Shown here one piece after another: positions 1 through 10,193 of a stretch of 64,000 nucleotides of DNA (position 1 is the stretch's first letter; the number at the start of each line of letters is the position of its first letter). Source of the DNA: Eukaryota sp. GEM-RC1 (Eukaryota); NCBI GenBank assembly GCA_040285855.1, contig JAUFOQ010000003.1:1302001-1366000 (forward strand). The letters run 5' to 3'. The notes beneath the pieces were generated by a model. That model had not been told where the DNA came from. It worked only from the letters and a program-made list of their open reading frames with translations, and did no database searches. The translations under genes and the position numbers were made by a program.

Positions 1-3000
1 ACTGTACAGTTGGAATGTACGTTGACCAATTGTCATAATCATTGAAGTCCACAAGGAGACGACGTAGGCTTTGCAGAACGTCTCTGTGACGTCGTTCCAC
101 CAGTCCATTACTCTGGGAGAAATGAGGAATCGAACGACTTACTTCAATCGCCAGTAGGTTACATATTGCCTCGAAAATAGCATTGGCAAACTCCGTACCA
201 TTATCACTATGGATACAAAACGGTATTCCAAAGATAGCAATCACATCCCACACAAGACGATATGCTACTTCTCTACTGTTAAGTTCTTCGAGGGGGCTCA
301 AAATGGTGTATCTGGTGAAAGAATCTACAAACACCAATAGGAATTGGTTTCCATTTTGATCTTTTGGAAGTGGACCGATTGTGTCGACATTAAGTCTAGC
401 AAAAGGTCTATCAGCCCATAGAGAACCCGTCGATTCAATTATCTTTTTAGGGATAGGTGCCGTTTTCTGACACGCAGGGCATTGCTGAACATGTTTTATC
501 ATGTCAGCTTTCATACTCTGGCCAAAAGTAACCACTATTGAACAACATTTCCAAACTTCGTTTCTTGTTTGGGTGTCCTGACTGGACTAAGCCATGTAGC
601 ATGTAAAGAACTTTCTTTATTAAGCTAGATGGAATCAAAATCTTGTTCTTTGAGTTCATGTATACATTACTCATTGTACACAAAGTTGAACCATTAAACA
701 GTTGATCTCCTTGTTTTATCGCTTTAGATTGTTCTGACCTAATGGTGGATAACCAAGAGTCAAATAAAGGAAGTTTGTTGTCTGTTGAGAGATTACGAAG
801 ACACTTGATAGCTAATACGTTGGAGTCACGTGGAAGCATCTCAACATAGTCTGCATCATCATAAAGTAAGCCTTCATGAGAAAGGGTTAAATCTTTTTGA
901 TGGAAAGATTTGAGATCGTTAAAGATTTGATTGTTTCAACTGGGCGTCGGTCAATAACACGTGACAACATGTCAGCCCATTGATTGTTTGTACCAGCTAC
1001 ATGTACTATCTCAAAATCGAACTCTGAGAAAATTGGAATCCATCGTTTGACAATACGATTCTTTTCTGGAGCAGATATAAGATAAGCAAGGTTCCTATGA
1101 TCAGTAAAGATCGTCAAGTGCCTACTTAACAGAAAACCTTCTAAACTAGATTCTGTCAGAATCAAAAGAATGAACTTACCAGTTGATGGTACGGCCCATC
1201 CTTGTCGTATAAGTTCATTAAAAATTTCTTCGGCTATACGCTGTTTTTCAGGGTTAAGCCTTCTAGGAGGACGAAATACAGTGACACTTTCATCATAGAA
1301 TGGAATTGTCATGGGTGGACAATCAATACCATCAGGATGTATATCTTCTGAAAAGACTTGTTTGTATTTACTGAGTAGGCTCAGAAGCTCCGTTCTTCTT
1401 GTAGAATCATCATGAAGGACATTGTCAGGACGTTCATCTTCAGAGGATTGACTAAGATCGATGTGATTTTCAATCGATGGAGACAAATCAGGAAACTTGT
1501 TTGATTGTCTATCTCTTTCTGCTTTGGTTTTGTTGGCTTTAGCAATCAACTCGTTTCTATGTCGAATTTTCGGTTCTTGGAGTTCTTTTTCGACATGACT
1601 GTTGATTCTTGGTTCAAATCACGAGTGAAGTTCTCGGTCACACGGTAAACGTTTTCATGTTCTTCACTGGCAACAAACCGATCAACGTCTCCAAATTCTC
1701 CATCAAACTTTCTAGTTGAGAGAATATCACGTGAACCATCAGTGAAGCGGTCAACAGATTCTGGACGGAAAGGTTCACCAGGAACGTGAGCAGAAAGGCG
1801 AGCAGTTTGACGTAGCTCTTCAGGCTTGGGAAGAAGTGTACCAACTTCTCGTAAAGCACCATGAGCAACAGGAAGGACCTTTTGAGATCCGCCAATGCCA
1901 CTAAACTGTTGGACAACCACAGAACCTTCATCAGGAACAGCTAAGGTCGTGTTTGATGCTTCAAAGGTTGACTGTGGAAGGTTTTCATATCTATGACCAA
2001 CGGGAAGGTGTCTAGAACTAACAGCAACGTTGTGATACGCCTTGACTTGATTGCTCAAGCTTTGACAATACCACGCTGAGTAAGCATACGTAACGTATCT
2101 ACCATCGGCATCGAAACTAGTTTCCAATGGTTCAATCAAGATACCATGACGAGGATCCCATGAGTAATCCGAGGGATAACGATACGTATCCCCAGCATCT
2201 CCATCATACAAATCACCCAGAAAGCGTTCAATAACTTGAGGGGAAATACCTGGAGGAACGTTCCTCAACAGATAGTGCCGTCTTTTAGGCATACGGTTGC
2301 GGATGACAGGATGCCAAGGAGCGAACTTCGCCAAGTGCCACATGTCGTAATCAGAGATACCAACGCTGTTGTCTTGTGGACTTACCCAGGGTATGAGTCT
2401 ATTTGGGATAGCATCCTTATGGAAGTGCTGTTCCTCAATAGACCCAACTAGCTCTTCGACTTTGTTGCCTCGATCTTCTGGAGAGAGACTCATCTTACGA
2501 GCTAGAAGTTCCTTTTCAACAAGAAGCTTCTGTTCTGCTTCGAGTCTTCTAGACTGCTCTTTGGCGAGAGATTCCTGTAACTTGCGAATCTCTTCAACCA
2601 CTTCAGTTGACCTCTTTTGAGGAACTGGAACAACATCGGGAATGCTTTCTTTATTAAAACTATTTCTACGAGGAAGAATAGGGAGAGGAGACGCTGTTAC
2701 AACAACATCATGACTCTCGGAATGCGGAGTACTGCTACTGTCAGCATCGCTTACTCTATACTTCTCTAACAAGCTTGGGATACGGTCTGAAATTACAGAG
2801 GGAGTATCCAAACCCACTTCGCCATCCTTGCGGGAAGACGAAGTCCTTCCATCCTCAGATGGGCATCCACCTTCAGGTTGAACATCTACAACTCTACGAG
2901 AAGTAGATTCACCACCCTCAGGTGAGATTTCCGTCACCTCCTTGTGGGAAGTGGGGCTTCTATCCTCAGATAGGCATCCGTCCTCAGACAGGCATCCATC

Positions 3001-3227
3001 CTCAGGTGGGTCACTTTCAAATTCCGACGAGTCAACTGACTCTTCTGTCTCAGGAACCAATGGCTCCATTCGACGGGAAGACACTTTGGAGCTAGACTTA
3101 GATCTAGTCAAAGGTTTGTTTCTACGATTAGTTTTGTTTCCCGCTTTTGGGGGGTTAGTAGTCCTTTTCTTCACCATCTTGGACAATAATTATTGATACC
3201 GTTTGGCTACAAAGGGTAGGGAAAAGA
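1..3227 (-). mobile_element. Ty3/gypsy-like LTR retrotransposon, internally deleted copy (continues beyond window start)
   Basis: Near-identical to 4062-9971 but lacks two segments (equivalent to 5234-6205 and 6445-8154) that carry the Gag knuckle, protease and RT core. Integrase core runs off the left edge. Confidence 0.9.
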
Positions 3228-3284
3228 TGTTTATAAATAAAATAATATGATCTTGTAACACTTCACTAACACCTGTGGCTAACA
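3228..3284 (-). repeat. Shared short LTR between tandem gypsy copies (TGTT...AACA, 57 bp; inner boundary uncertain, could extend to about 3194)
   Basis: Identical to 9972-10028. Starts TGTTAG on the minus strand directly after a polypurine tract (GAAAGAAGAGAAGAGG) and the integrase stop codon. TGTT/AACA terminal inverted repeat. Confidence 0.75.
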
Positions 3285-4580
3285 TTACCTCTTCTCTTCT
3301 TTCGAGCTCCTAGTTCTCTTTGCTACAGGTGTCTTAACTTTGGAAGACGTCTTAGGAGTACTCTTACTACCGGAGGTACGTTTAAGCTTAGTGTTGTTAT
3401 TACTAGACCTGTTTCTATTGTTACGAAATAAATCTAAATTGTCTAATTTTACAAAGTCACTATACGCTTTGGTGTTCTTGATGTCCTTGATGGGAACTGA
3501 CGAAGTATCACCACCAAACCAAAGTACAGTGCAGAATTCACCATCGGGTGTATCAAACCTATCTAGGATCTTAACCACGATGTGTTCTTCAGAATCCCCA
3601 GAAGCAATTGCTCTGTGGAGATCATGATCAGCAGGCAGATCTGATTGAAAGATCTTACATTGATGAATGCTAGTCTTACTAACATATCCAGTGATCAGAT
3701 TCTTTAATGAAACAGAAGATTTTGAATCAACTGAGACAACTAGAAAAGGTCCAGTGTAGTTTCCATGGAGCTTACTAGTTTTGGCGACCTTTAACACAAG
3801 ATCTCCAATCTTAAATGATTGACTAGTGTTAAACTTCTTCTTAGGCTTGAGTACTGATTGACGATCCTCTGCCTCTTCTCTTTTTTTTCGTTAAACGTTC
3901 TAGTTTCATTTTAATGTCGTCAATAAACGAAACATTCTTTGTTGATTTCTCAACAGCATCTAGTAAACCACTAGGATCTGCACCAGGACTTATGTCACTA
4001 CCAAACATCAGTTCGTAAGGAGTATGCCCAGTTATTGAACTCTTTGTTGCGTTGATCTGCAACTGTACAGTTGGAATGTACGTTGACCAATTGTCATAAT
4101 CATTGAAGTCCACAAGGAGACGACGTAGGCTTTGCAGAACGTCTCTGTGACGTCGTTCCACCAGTCCATTACTCTGGGAGAAATGAGGAATCGAACGACT
4201 TACTTCAATCGCCAGTAGGTTACATATTGCCTCGAAAATAGCATTGGCAAACTCCGTACCATTATCACTATGGATACAAAACGGTATTCCAAAGATAGCA
4301 ATCACATCCCACACAAGACGATATGCTACTTCTCTACTGTTAAGTTCTTCGAGGGGGCTCAAAATGGTGTATCTGGTGAAAGAATCTACAAACACCAATA
4401 GGAATTGGTTTCCATTTTGATCTTTTGGAAGTGGACCGATTGTGTCGACATTAAGTCTAGCAAAAGGTCTATCAGCCCATAGAGAACCCGTCGATTCAAT
4501 TATCTTTTAGGGATAGGTGCCGTTTTCTGACACGCAGGGCATTGCTGAACATGTTTTATCATGTCAGCTTTCATACTCTG
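3285..4580 (-). CDS. Integrase (HHCC second half, DDE core, GPY/F module, chromodomain-like tail), split by frameshifts
   Basis: KHVQQCPACQK in an alternate frame near 4530-4575; VDSFTRY, SDNGTEF, SNGLVER; YTGPFLVV; EHIVVKILDRF...TVLWFG. Frameshifts near 4575, 4505 and 3885. Confidence 0.85.
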
Positions 4581-7500
4581 GCCAAAAGTAACCACTATTG
4601 AACAACATTTCCAAACTTCGTTTCTTGTTTGGGTGTCCTGACTGGACTAAGCCATGTAGCATGTAAAGAACTTTCTTTATTAAGCTAGATGGAATCAAAA
4701 TCTTGTTCTTTGAGTTCATGTATACATTACTCATTGTACACAAAGTTGAACCATTAAACAGTTGATCTCCTTGTTCTATCGCTTTAGATTGTTCTGACCT
4801 AATGGTGGATAACCAAGAGTCAAATAAAGGAAGTTTGTTGTCTGTTGAGAGATTACGAAGACACTTGATAGCTAATACGTTGGAATCACGTGGAAGCATC
4901 TCAACATAGTCTGCATCATCATAAAGTAAGCCTTCATGAGAAAGGGTTAAATCTTTTTTGATGGAAAGATTTGAGATCGTTAAAGATTTGATTGTTTCAA
5001 CTGGGCGTCGGTCAATAACACGTGACAACATGTCAGCCCATTGATTGTTTGTACCAGCTACATGTACTATCTCAAAATCGAACTCTGAGAAAATTGGAAT
5101 CCATCGTTTGACAATACGATTCTTTTCTGGAGCAGATATAAGATAAGCAAGGTTCCTATGATCAGTAAAGATCGTCAAGTGCCTACTTAACAGAAAACCT
5201 TCTAAACTAGATTCTGTCAGAATCAAAAGAATGGCATACAGCTCTTTCTGGATAGCTGCGCAATTCTGTTGACTATCATTGAGTAAACGGCTATAAAACG
5301 ATACAGGTCTAACTCTACGTTCTTCTAACGGAGTTCCTGGAGGAGCTGGAGGATTTTCTTCCTGCCAGATCACACCACCAACAGCAATGTCGGATGCATC
5401 TGTGGATATGATAATGTTCTTATCAGTATCAGGTAAGTCTAAAGCCATATGGTTTATAATCTCAGACTTTAGTTGAGTTAATAGAGCATCATGGTCTTTT
5501 GTCCAAACAATTTTCTTGGGTTTACCACGAGTCAGTTTATTGATTGATGCAGTCAAGTTCGAATAATTCGGAATCCATTCACGAACATAATTCAAAGCAC
5601 CAAGTAAACTTCTAACTTCAGGTAAAGTTGAAGGAGCAGGTAACTCAATCAACGCCGAAACTCTTTTATCATCTATGCAACGGGTTTTATTACAAAAGTT
5701 GCTGCCCAGAATCTTATTAGGATGTCTAGAAGTGGTGAACCTACACTTCTTCAATCCAATCCGTACTCTAAAACGTTCTGCTCGTTCCAGTACTAGATTT
5801 ATTCTTGAAATAAACTCTTCAAAGGTATTGCCTACAACAATTATATCATCAATATAAATGAAAACACCTTCGACATTGAAAATTTCCTTCATGATGTTTT
5901 GAAAAATTGCTGGTACGTTTTTCAATCCAAAACATGCTCGTTTAAAGCTAATAGACATTCCAGGTATAGACACACTGGTCTTCTCGACATCTTCTTCAGC
6001 TACATTTAGCTGCCAGAATGCTTTAGGAAGGTCAAGTGTTCCAATGAAATTAGCTTTCGAAAGAAACTCTAGAACATCACAGATCCGTGGTAAATTTGGT
6101 TTCACCGGTCTGGTATTAGCATTAATCCCATCAAGTCCACTGAAATCTCCAGTTAAACGAGGCTTACGGTGATCATTATAAACCACCAAGACTATGGGAC
6201 TGCTGAACTTACCAGTTGATGGTACGGCCCATCCTTGTCGTATAAGTTCATTAAAAATTTCTTCGGCTATACGCTGTTTTTCAGGGTTAAGCCTTCTAGG
6301 AGGACGAAATACAGTGACACTTTCATCATAGAATGGAATTGTCATGGGTGGACAATCAATACCATCAGGATGTATATCTTCTGAAAAGACTTGTTTGTAT
6401 TTACTGAGTAGGCTCAGAAGCTCCGTTCTTCTTGTAGAATCATCCAATTCTATCGTGCAACCAGAGTTGTCAATGGTTTCTTCAAACAGATCTATATCTA
6501 ATTGAGTGTTACCGTACTGATCAATAGTAAAATGTGTTGAATTTGGTTTTATTGAACATTTTGATTGAACTCTATTAATCGAAATTGATGGAGACCTCAT
6601 TCTCTCATCAAATTCACTCTCTGCATTGAGAATAGTGCTATGTTCTTTATCTAATCTAATGACTAGACCATCATCCGAAAGCAACCCCAGTTCTTCTTGC
6701 AAATCTCTACCAATGAGGAGAATTTTTGTTCCTGGAACTACTGGTAGAGTATGCTTAACATGAATCTGGTTGGCCAAGCTGCCAACGTTGAACGTCAAAA
6801 CACCTATTGCACTACCTAAGGAAGTAGCACGAATATTATTCGCTGAGATGTATTCAATACAACTATCAGTAGTTGTCATCTCACAGTAGCGTATCAAATC
6901 TTGAGAAATGACTGAACATGATGCTGCTGAGTCAAATTCTCCTACTACTGGTACATTGTTGATTAACAATCGAATACATAAAGGACCCTTACCTTTAGAA
7001 TCGAACCCTAGGTTCTGGTTGAGACTACGAATTGTTTCAACAGATGATGTACTTCTACCCTTGCTTGAATGTGTGTTCAAAGCAGCCAATGGGTTCATGT
7101 ACTTATGAGGTGTAGTGTGATTATCTCTAGATGTGTTATTTGTTGCAAGTCTGAAAATATAGTTATTCTGTTGTTTATTGGAACTAAAACGACGACTAAA
7201 AGATTGACTACGACTGTCACCTGATCTACGTTTGTTGGACTTCTTATCACTGTCAGATTGAGGTTTTGATCTACAATCAGTGGAGTAATGGCCCATTTTT
7301 CCACAGTTAAAACATTTAACCGTAGACTTAACATCTCCAGGTGTACCATGAGAAGATTGAGAATGTGGCTTGTTTGCGGTATTTGGTCGATTTCTTCTAT
7401 TTCTAGAAGGAAAACGACTGGAAGGAGTGGATAAGGACTTCACAGCTGTGGAACGCTTGTAGGTAGTCCAGATCGATCTAACTTCTTGGAAGAATTGAGG

Positions 7501-9921
7501 TAGCTTATCATCCTCAGTTTTGAGACGATGATCCCATCTAAGAACAAGTTCATTCAAAGCAATAATTCCTTTGTCAGGATTCAGTGTTTCTAACATCAAC
7601 TCGGCTACTGTGGAAGCAGGGACCTTTGTTCGGACAGTTTCATCACTCGACGTAGCTATTATCGCCATGGAACATTTGAGAACGCTAATTACGCCACGGA
7701 GGTATCGGTCAAAGCACTCAGCAGGGTCTTTGGAGCTACCCAATCTTATTTCTTTAATTGCATCAATGGCTGTTGTAGTTGATGAGTATTGACTCTTGTT
7801 AATCAATAAACGCCAGATGTTTTGTTCAAGTACCTGACTACTGTTGTTATTACCAATCAGATCTAACATTTTCCAATCATTCAAAGTCGTTTGATCTATG
7901 AAATGACTAATGCCAGCTGGATCAATTTCACACAATGCTGTCCTAGCAAGGTCGAATTTGTTCAAAGGAGTACCAATCCAGAGGTCATAATCGAAACGTT
8001 CAGTTTGTTTTCTGACATGAATGGCCCAATGAAAGAAGTCATGAATAAACTTCACAACCTCATAACGAGTGTCGTTTTTCAAGAACGGCTCTCTGTCTTT
8101 TTTCTTCTTGATCTTCTTGGGAGGAGTCACACCAGATGAGAGAATAACAGAATCATGAAGGACATTGTCAGGACGTTCATCTTCAGAGGATTGACTAAGA
8201 TCGATGTGATTTTCAATCGATGGAGACAAATCAGGAAACTTGTTTGATTGTCTATCTCTTTCTGCTTTGGTTTTGTTGGCTTTAGCAATCAACTCGTTTC
8301 TATGTCGAATTTTCGGTTCTTCGAGTTCTTTTTTCGACATGACTGTTGATTCTTGGTTCAAATCACGAGTGAAGTTCTCGGTCACACGGTAAACGTTTTC
8401 ATGTTCTTCACTGGCAACAAACCGATCAACGTCTCCAAATTCTCCATCAAACTTTCTAGTTGAGAGAATATCACGTGAACCATCAGTGAAGCGGTCAACA
8501 GATTCTGGACGGAAAGGTTCACCAGGAACGTGAGCAGAAAGGCGAGCAGTTTGACGTAGCTCTTCAGGCTTGGGAAGAAGTGTACCAACTTCTCGTAAAG
8601 CACCATGAGCAACAGGAAGGACCTTTTGAGATCCGCCAATGCCACTAAACTGTTGGACAACCACAGAACCTTCATCAGGAACAGCTAAGGTCGTGTTTGA
8701 TGCTTCAAAGGTTGACTGTGGAAGGTTTTCATATCTATGACCAACGGGAAGGTGTCTAGAACTAACAGCAACGTTGTGATACGCCTTGACTTGATTGCTC
8801 AAGCTTTGACAATACCACGCTAAGTAAGCATACGTAACGTATCTGCCATCGGCATCGAAACTAGGTTCCAATGGTTCAATCAAGATACCATGACGAGGAT
8901 CCCATGAGTAATCCGAGGGATAACGATACGTATCCCCAGCATCTCCATCATACAAATCACCCAGAAAGCGTTCAATAACTTGAGGGGAAATACCTGGAGG
9001 AACGTTCCTCAACAGATAGTGCCGTCTTTTAGGCATACGGTTGCGGATGACAGGATGCCAAGGAGCGAACTTCGCCAAGTGCCACATGTCGTAATCAGAG
9101 ATACCAACGCTGTTGTCTTGTGGACTTACCCAGGGTATGAGTCTATTTGGGATAGCATCCTTATGGAAGTGCTGTTCCTCAATAGACCCAACTAGCTTTT
9201 CGACTTTGTTGCCTCGATCTTCTGGAGAGAGACTCATCTTACGAGCTAGAAGTTCCTTTTCAACAAGAAGCTTCTGTTCTGCTTCGAGTCTTCTAGACTG
9301 CTCTTTGGCGAGAGATTCCTGTAACTTGCGAATCTCTTCAACCACTTCAGTTGACCTCTTTTGAGGAACTGGAACAACATCGGGAATGCTTTCTTTATTA
9401 AAACTATTTCTACGAGGAAGAATAGGGAGAGGAGACGCTGTTACAACAACATCATGACTCTCGGAATGCGGAGTACTGCTACTGTCAGCATCGCTTACTC
9501 TATACTTCTCTAACAAGCTTGGGATACGGTCTGAAATTACAGAGGGAGTATCCAAACCCACTTCGCCATCCTTGCGGGAAGACGAAGTCCTTCCATCCTC
9601 AGATGGGCATCCACCTTCAGGTTGAACATCTACAACTCTACGAGAAGTAGATTCACCACCCTCAGGTGAGATTTCCGTCACCTCCTTGTGGGAAGTGGGG
9701 CTTCTATCCTCAGATAGGCATCCGTCCTCAGACAGGCATCCATCCTCAGGTGGGTCACTTTCAAATTCCGACGAGTCAACTGACTCTTCTGTCTCAGGAA
9801 CCAATGGCTCCATTCGACGGGAAGACACTTTGGAGCTAGACTTAGATCTAGTCAAAGGTTTGTTTCTACGATTAGTTTTGTTTCCCGCTTTTGGGGGGTT
9901 AGTAGTCCTTTTCTTCACCAT
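4564..9921 (-). CDS. Gag-Pol polyprotein (Gag with CCHC knuckle, aspartic protease, reverse transcriptase, RNase H)
   Basis: CFNCGKMGHYSTDC; FDSAAS; LDLPKAFWQ, FGLKNVP, YIDD; TDASD, KELYAI, TDH, ADMLSR. First ATG at 9921 (the ORF track starts at an upstream TTG). Confidence 0.93.
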   Translation of the reverse strand: MVKKRTTNPPKAGNKTNRRNKPLTRSKSSSKVSSRRMEPLVPETEESVDSSEFESDPPEDGCLSEDGCLSEDRSPTSHKEVTEISPEGGESTSRRVVDVQPEGGCPSEDGRTSSSRKDGEVGLDTPSVISDRIPSLLEKYRVSDADSSSTPHSESHDVVVTASPLPILPRRNSFNKESIPDVVPVPQKRSTEVVEEIRKLQESLAKEQSRRLEAEQKLLVEKELLARKMSLSPEDRGNKVEKLVGSIEEQHFHKDAIPNRLIPWVSPQDNSVGISDYDMWHLAKFAPWHPVIRNRMPKRRHYLLRNVPPGISPQVIERFLGDLYDGDAGDTYRYPSDYSWDPRHGILIEPLEPSFDADGRYVTYAYLAWYCQSLSNQVKAYHNVAVSSRHLPVGHRYENLPQSTFEASNTTLAVPDEGSVVVQQFSGIGGSQKVLPVAHGALREVGTLLPKPEELRQTARLSAHVPGEPFRPESVDRFTDGSRDILSTRKFDGEFGDVDRFVASEEHENVYRVTENFTRDLNQESTVMSKKELEEPKIRHRNELIAKANKTKAERDRQSNKFPDLSPSIENHIDLSQSSEDERPDNVLHDSVILSSGVTPPKKIKKKKDREPFLKNDTRYEVVKFIHDFFHWAIHVRKQTERFDYDLWIGTPLNKFDLARTALCEIDPAGISHFIDQTTLNDWKMLDLIGNNNSSQVLEQNIWRLLINKSQYSSTTTAIDAIKEIRLGSSKDPAECFDRYLRGVISVLKCSMAIIATSSDETVRTKVPASTVAELMLETLNPDKGIIALNELVLRWDHRLKTEDDKLPQFFQEVRSIWTTYKRSTAVKSLSTPSSRFPSRNRRNRPNTANKPHSQSSHGTPGDVKSTVKCFNCGKMGHYSTDCRSKPQSDSDKKSNKRRSGDSRSQSFSRRFSSNKQQNNYIFRLATNNTSRDNHTTPHKYMNPLAALNTHSSKGRSTSSVETIRSLNQNLGFDSKGKGPLCIRLLINNVPVVGEFDSAASCSVISQDLIRYCEMTTTDSCIEYISANNIRATSLGSAIGVLTFNVGSLANQIHVKHTLPVVPGTKILLIGRDLQEELGLLSDDGLVIRLDKEHSTILNAESEFDERMRSPSISINRVQSKCSIKPNSTHFTIDQYGNTQLDIDLFEETIDNSGCTIELDDSTRRTELLSLLSKYKQVFSEDIHPDGIDCPPMTIPFYDESVTVFRPPRRLNPEKQRIAEEIFNELIRQGWAVPSTGKFSSPIVLVVYNDHRKPRLTGDFSGLDGINANTRPVKPNLPRICDVLEFLSKANFIGTLDLPKAFWQLNVAEEDVEKTSVSIPGMSISFKRACFGLKNVPAIFQNIMKEIFNVEGVFIYIDDIIVVGNTFEEFISRINLVLERAERFRVRIGLKKCRFTTSRHPNKILGSNFCNKTRCIDDKRVSALIELPAPSTLPEVRSLLGALNYVREWIPNYSNLTASINKLTRGKPKKIVWTKDHDALLTQLKSEIINHMALDLPDTDKNIIISTDASDIAVGGVIWQEENPPAPPGTPLEERRVRPVSFYSRLLNDSQQNCAAIQKELYAILLILTESSLEGFLLSRHLTIFTDHRNLAYLISAPEKNRIVKRWIPIFSEFDFEIVHVAGTNNQWADMLSRVIDRRPVETIKSLTISNLSIKKDLTLSHEGLLYDDADYVEMLPRDSNVLAIKCLRNLSTDNKLPLFDSWLSTIRSEQSKAIEQGDQLFNGSTLCTMSNVYMNSKNKILIPSSLIKKVLYMLHGLVQSGHPNKKRSLEMLFNSGYFWPEYES

Positions 9922-9971
9922 CTTGGACAATAATTATTGATACCGTTTGGCTACAAAGGGTAGGGAAAAGA

Positions 9972-10028
9972 TGTTTATAAATAAAATAATATGATCTTGT
10001 AACACTTCACTAACACCTGTGGCTAACA
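9972..10028 (-). repeat. 5' LTR of the gypsy array (outer end at 10028)
   Basis: Identity with 3228-3284 ends exactly after ...GGCTAACA at 10028. Confidence 0.8.
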
Positions 10029-10029
10029 A

Positions 10030-10074
10030 TACAACATTTGGTGATACAACATTTGTAACTACAACATTTGGTGA
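10030..10074. repeat. Three 15-bp-period repeats with core TACAACATTTG
   Basis: Core at 10030, 10045 and 10060, immediately outside the LTR end. Confidence 0.9.
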
Positions 10075-10193
10075 GAATCAATCTCAATCAACGTGTCGTT
10101 TGTGTATTGAATTGTTGTTGCTCATAATTTTTTCTTCTATATATAATGTCGTTAAACACAACCAATACAATATACAATCTCAATTTATCAAAC

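Larger units (their letters stand above)
3285..10028 (-). mobile_element. Full-length Ty3/gypsy-like (chromovirus-like) LTR retrotransposon, 6744-bp unit
   Basis: Domain order Gag-PR-RT-RH-IN, short LTRs at both ends, PPT next to the 3' LTR. Confidence 0.93.

Noticed and set aside
3194..3201. tRNA-iMet primer-binding site (CGGTATCA)
   Set aside because: Only a partial match to TGGTATCAGAGC and not positioned directly after a CA LTR end.
1638..9940. Short antisense or alternate-frame ORFs within the gypsy copies
   Set aside because: They shadow the long Gag-Pol ORF and have no motifs; their duplication simply reflects the element duplication.
10030..10074. Mini CRISPR or telomeric repeat
   Set aside because: 15-bp period with 4-nt variable parts and only three copies; too short for spacers and not a telomere-like tract.
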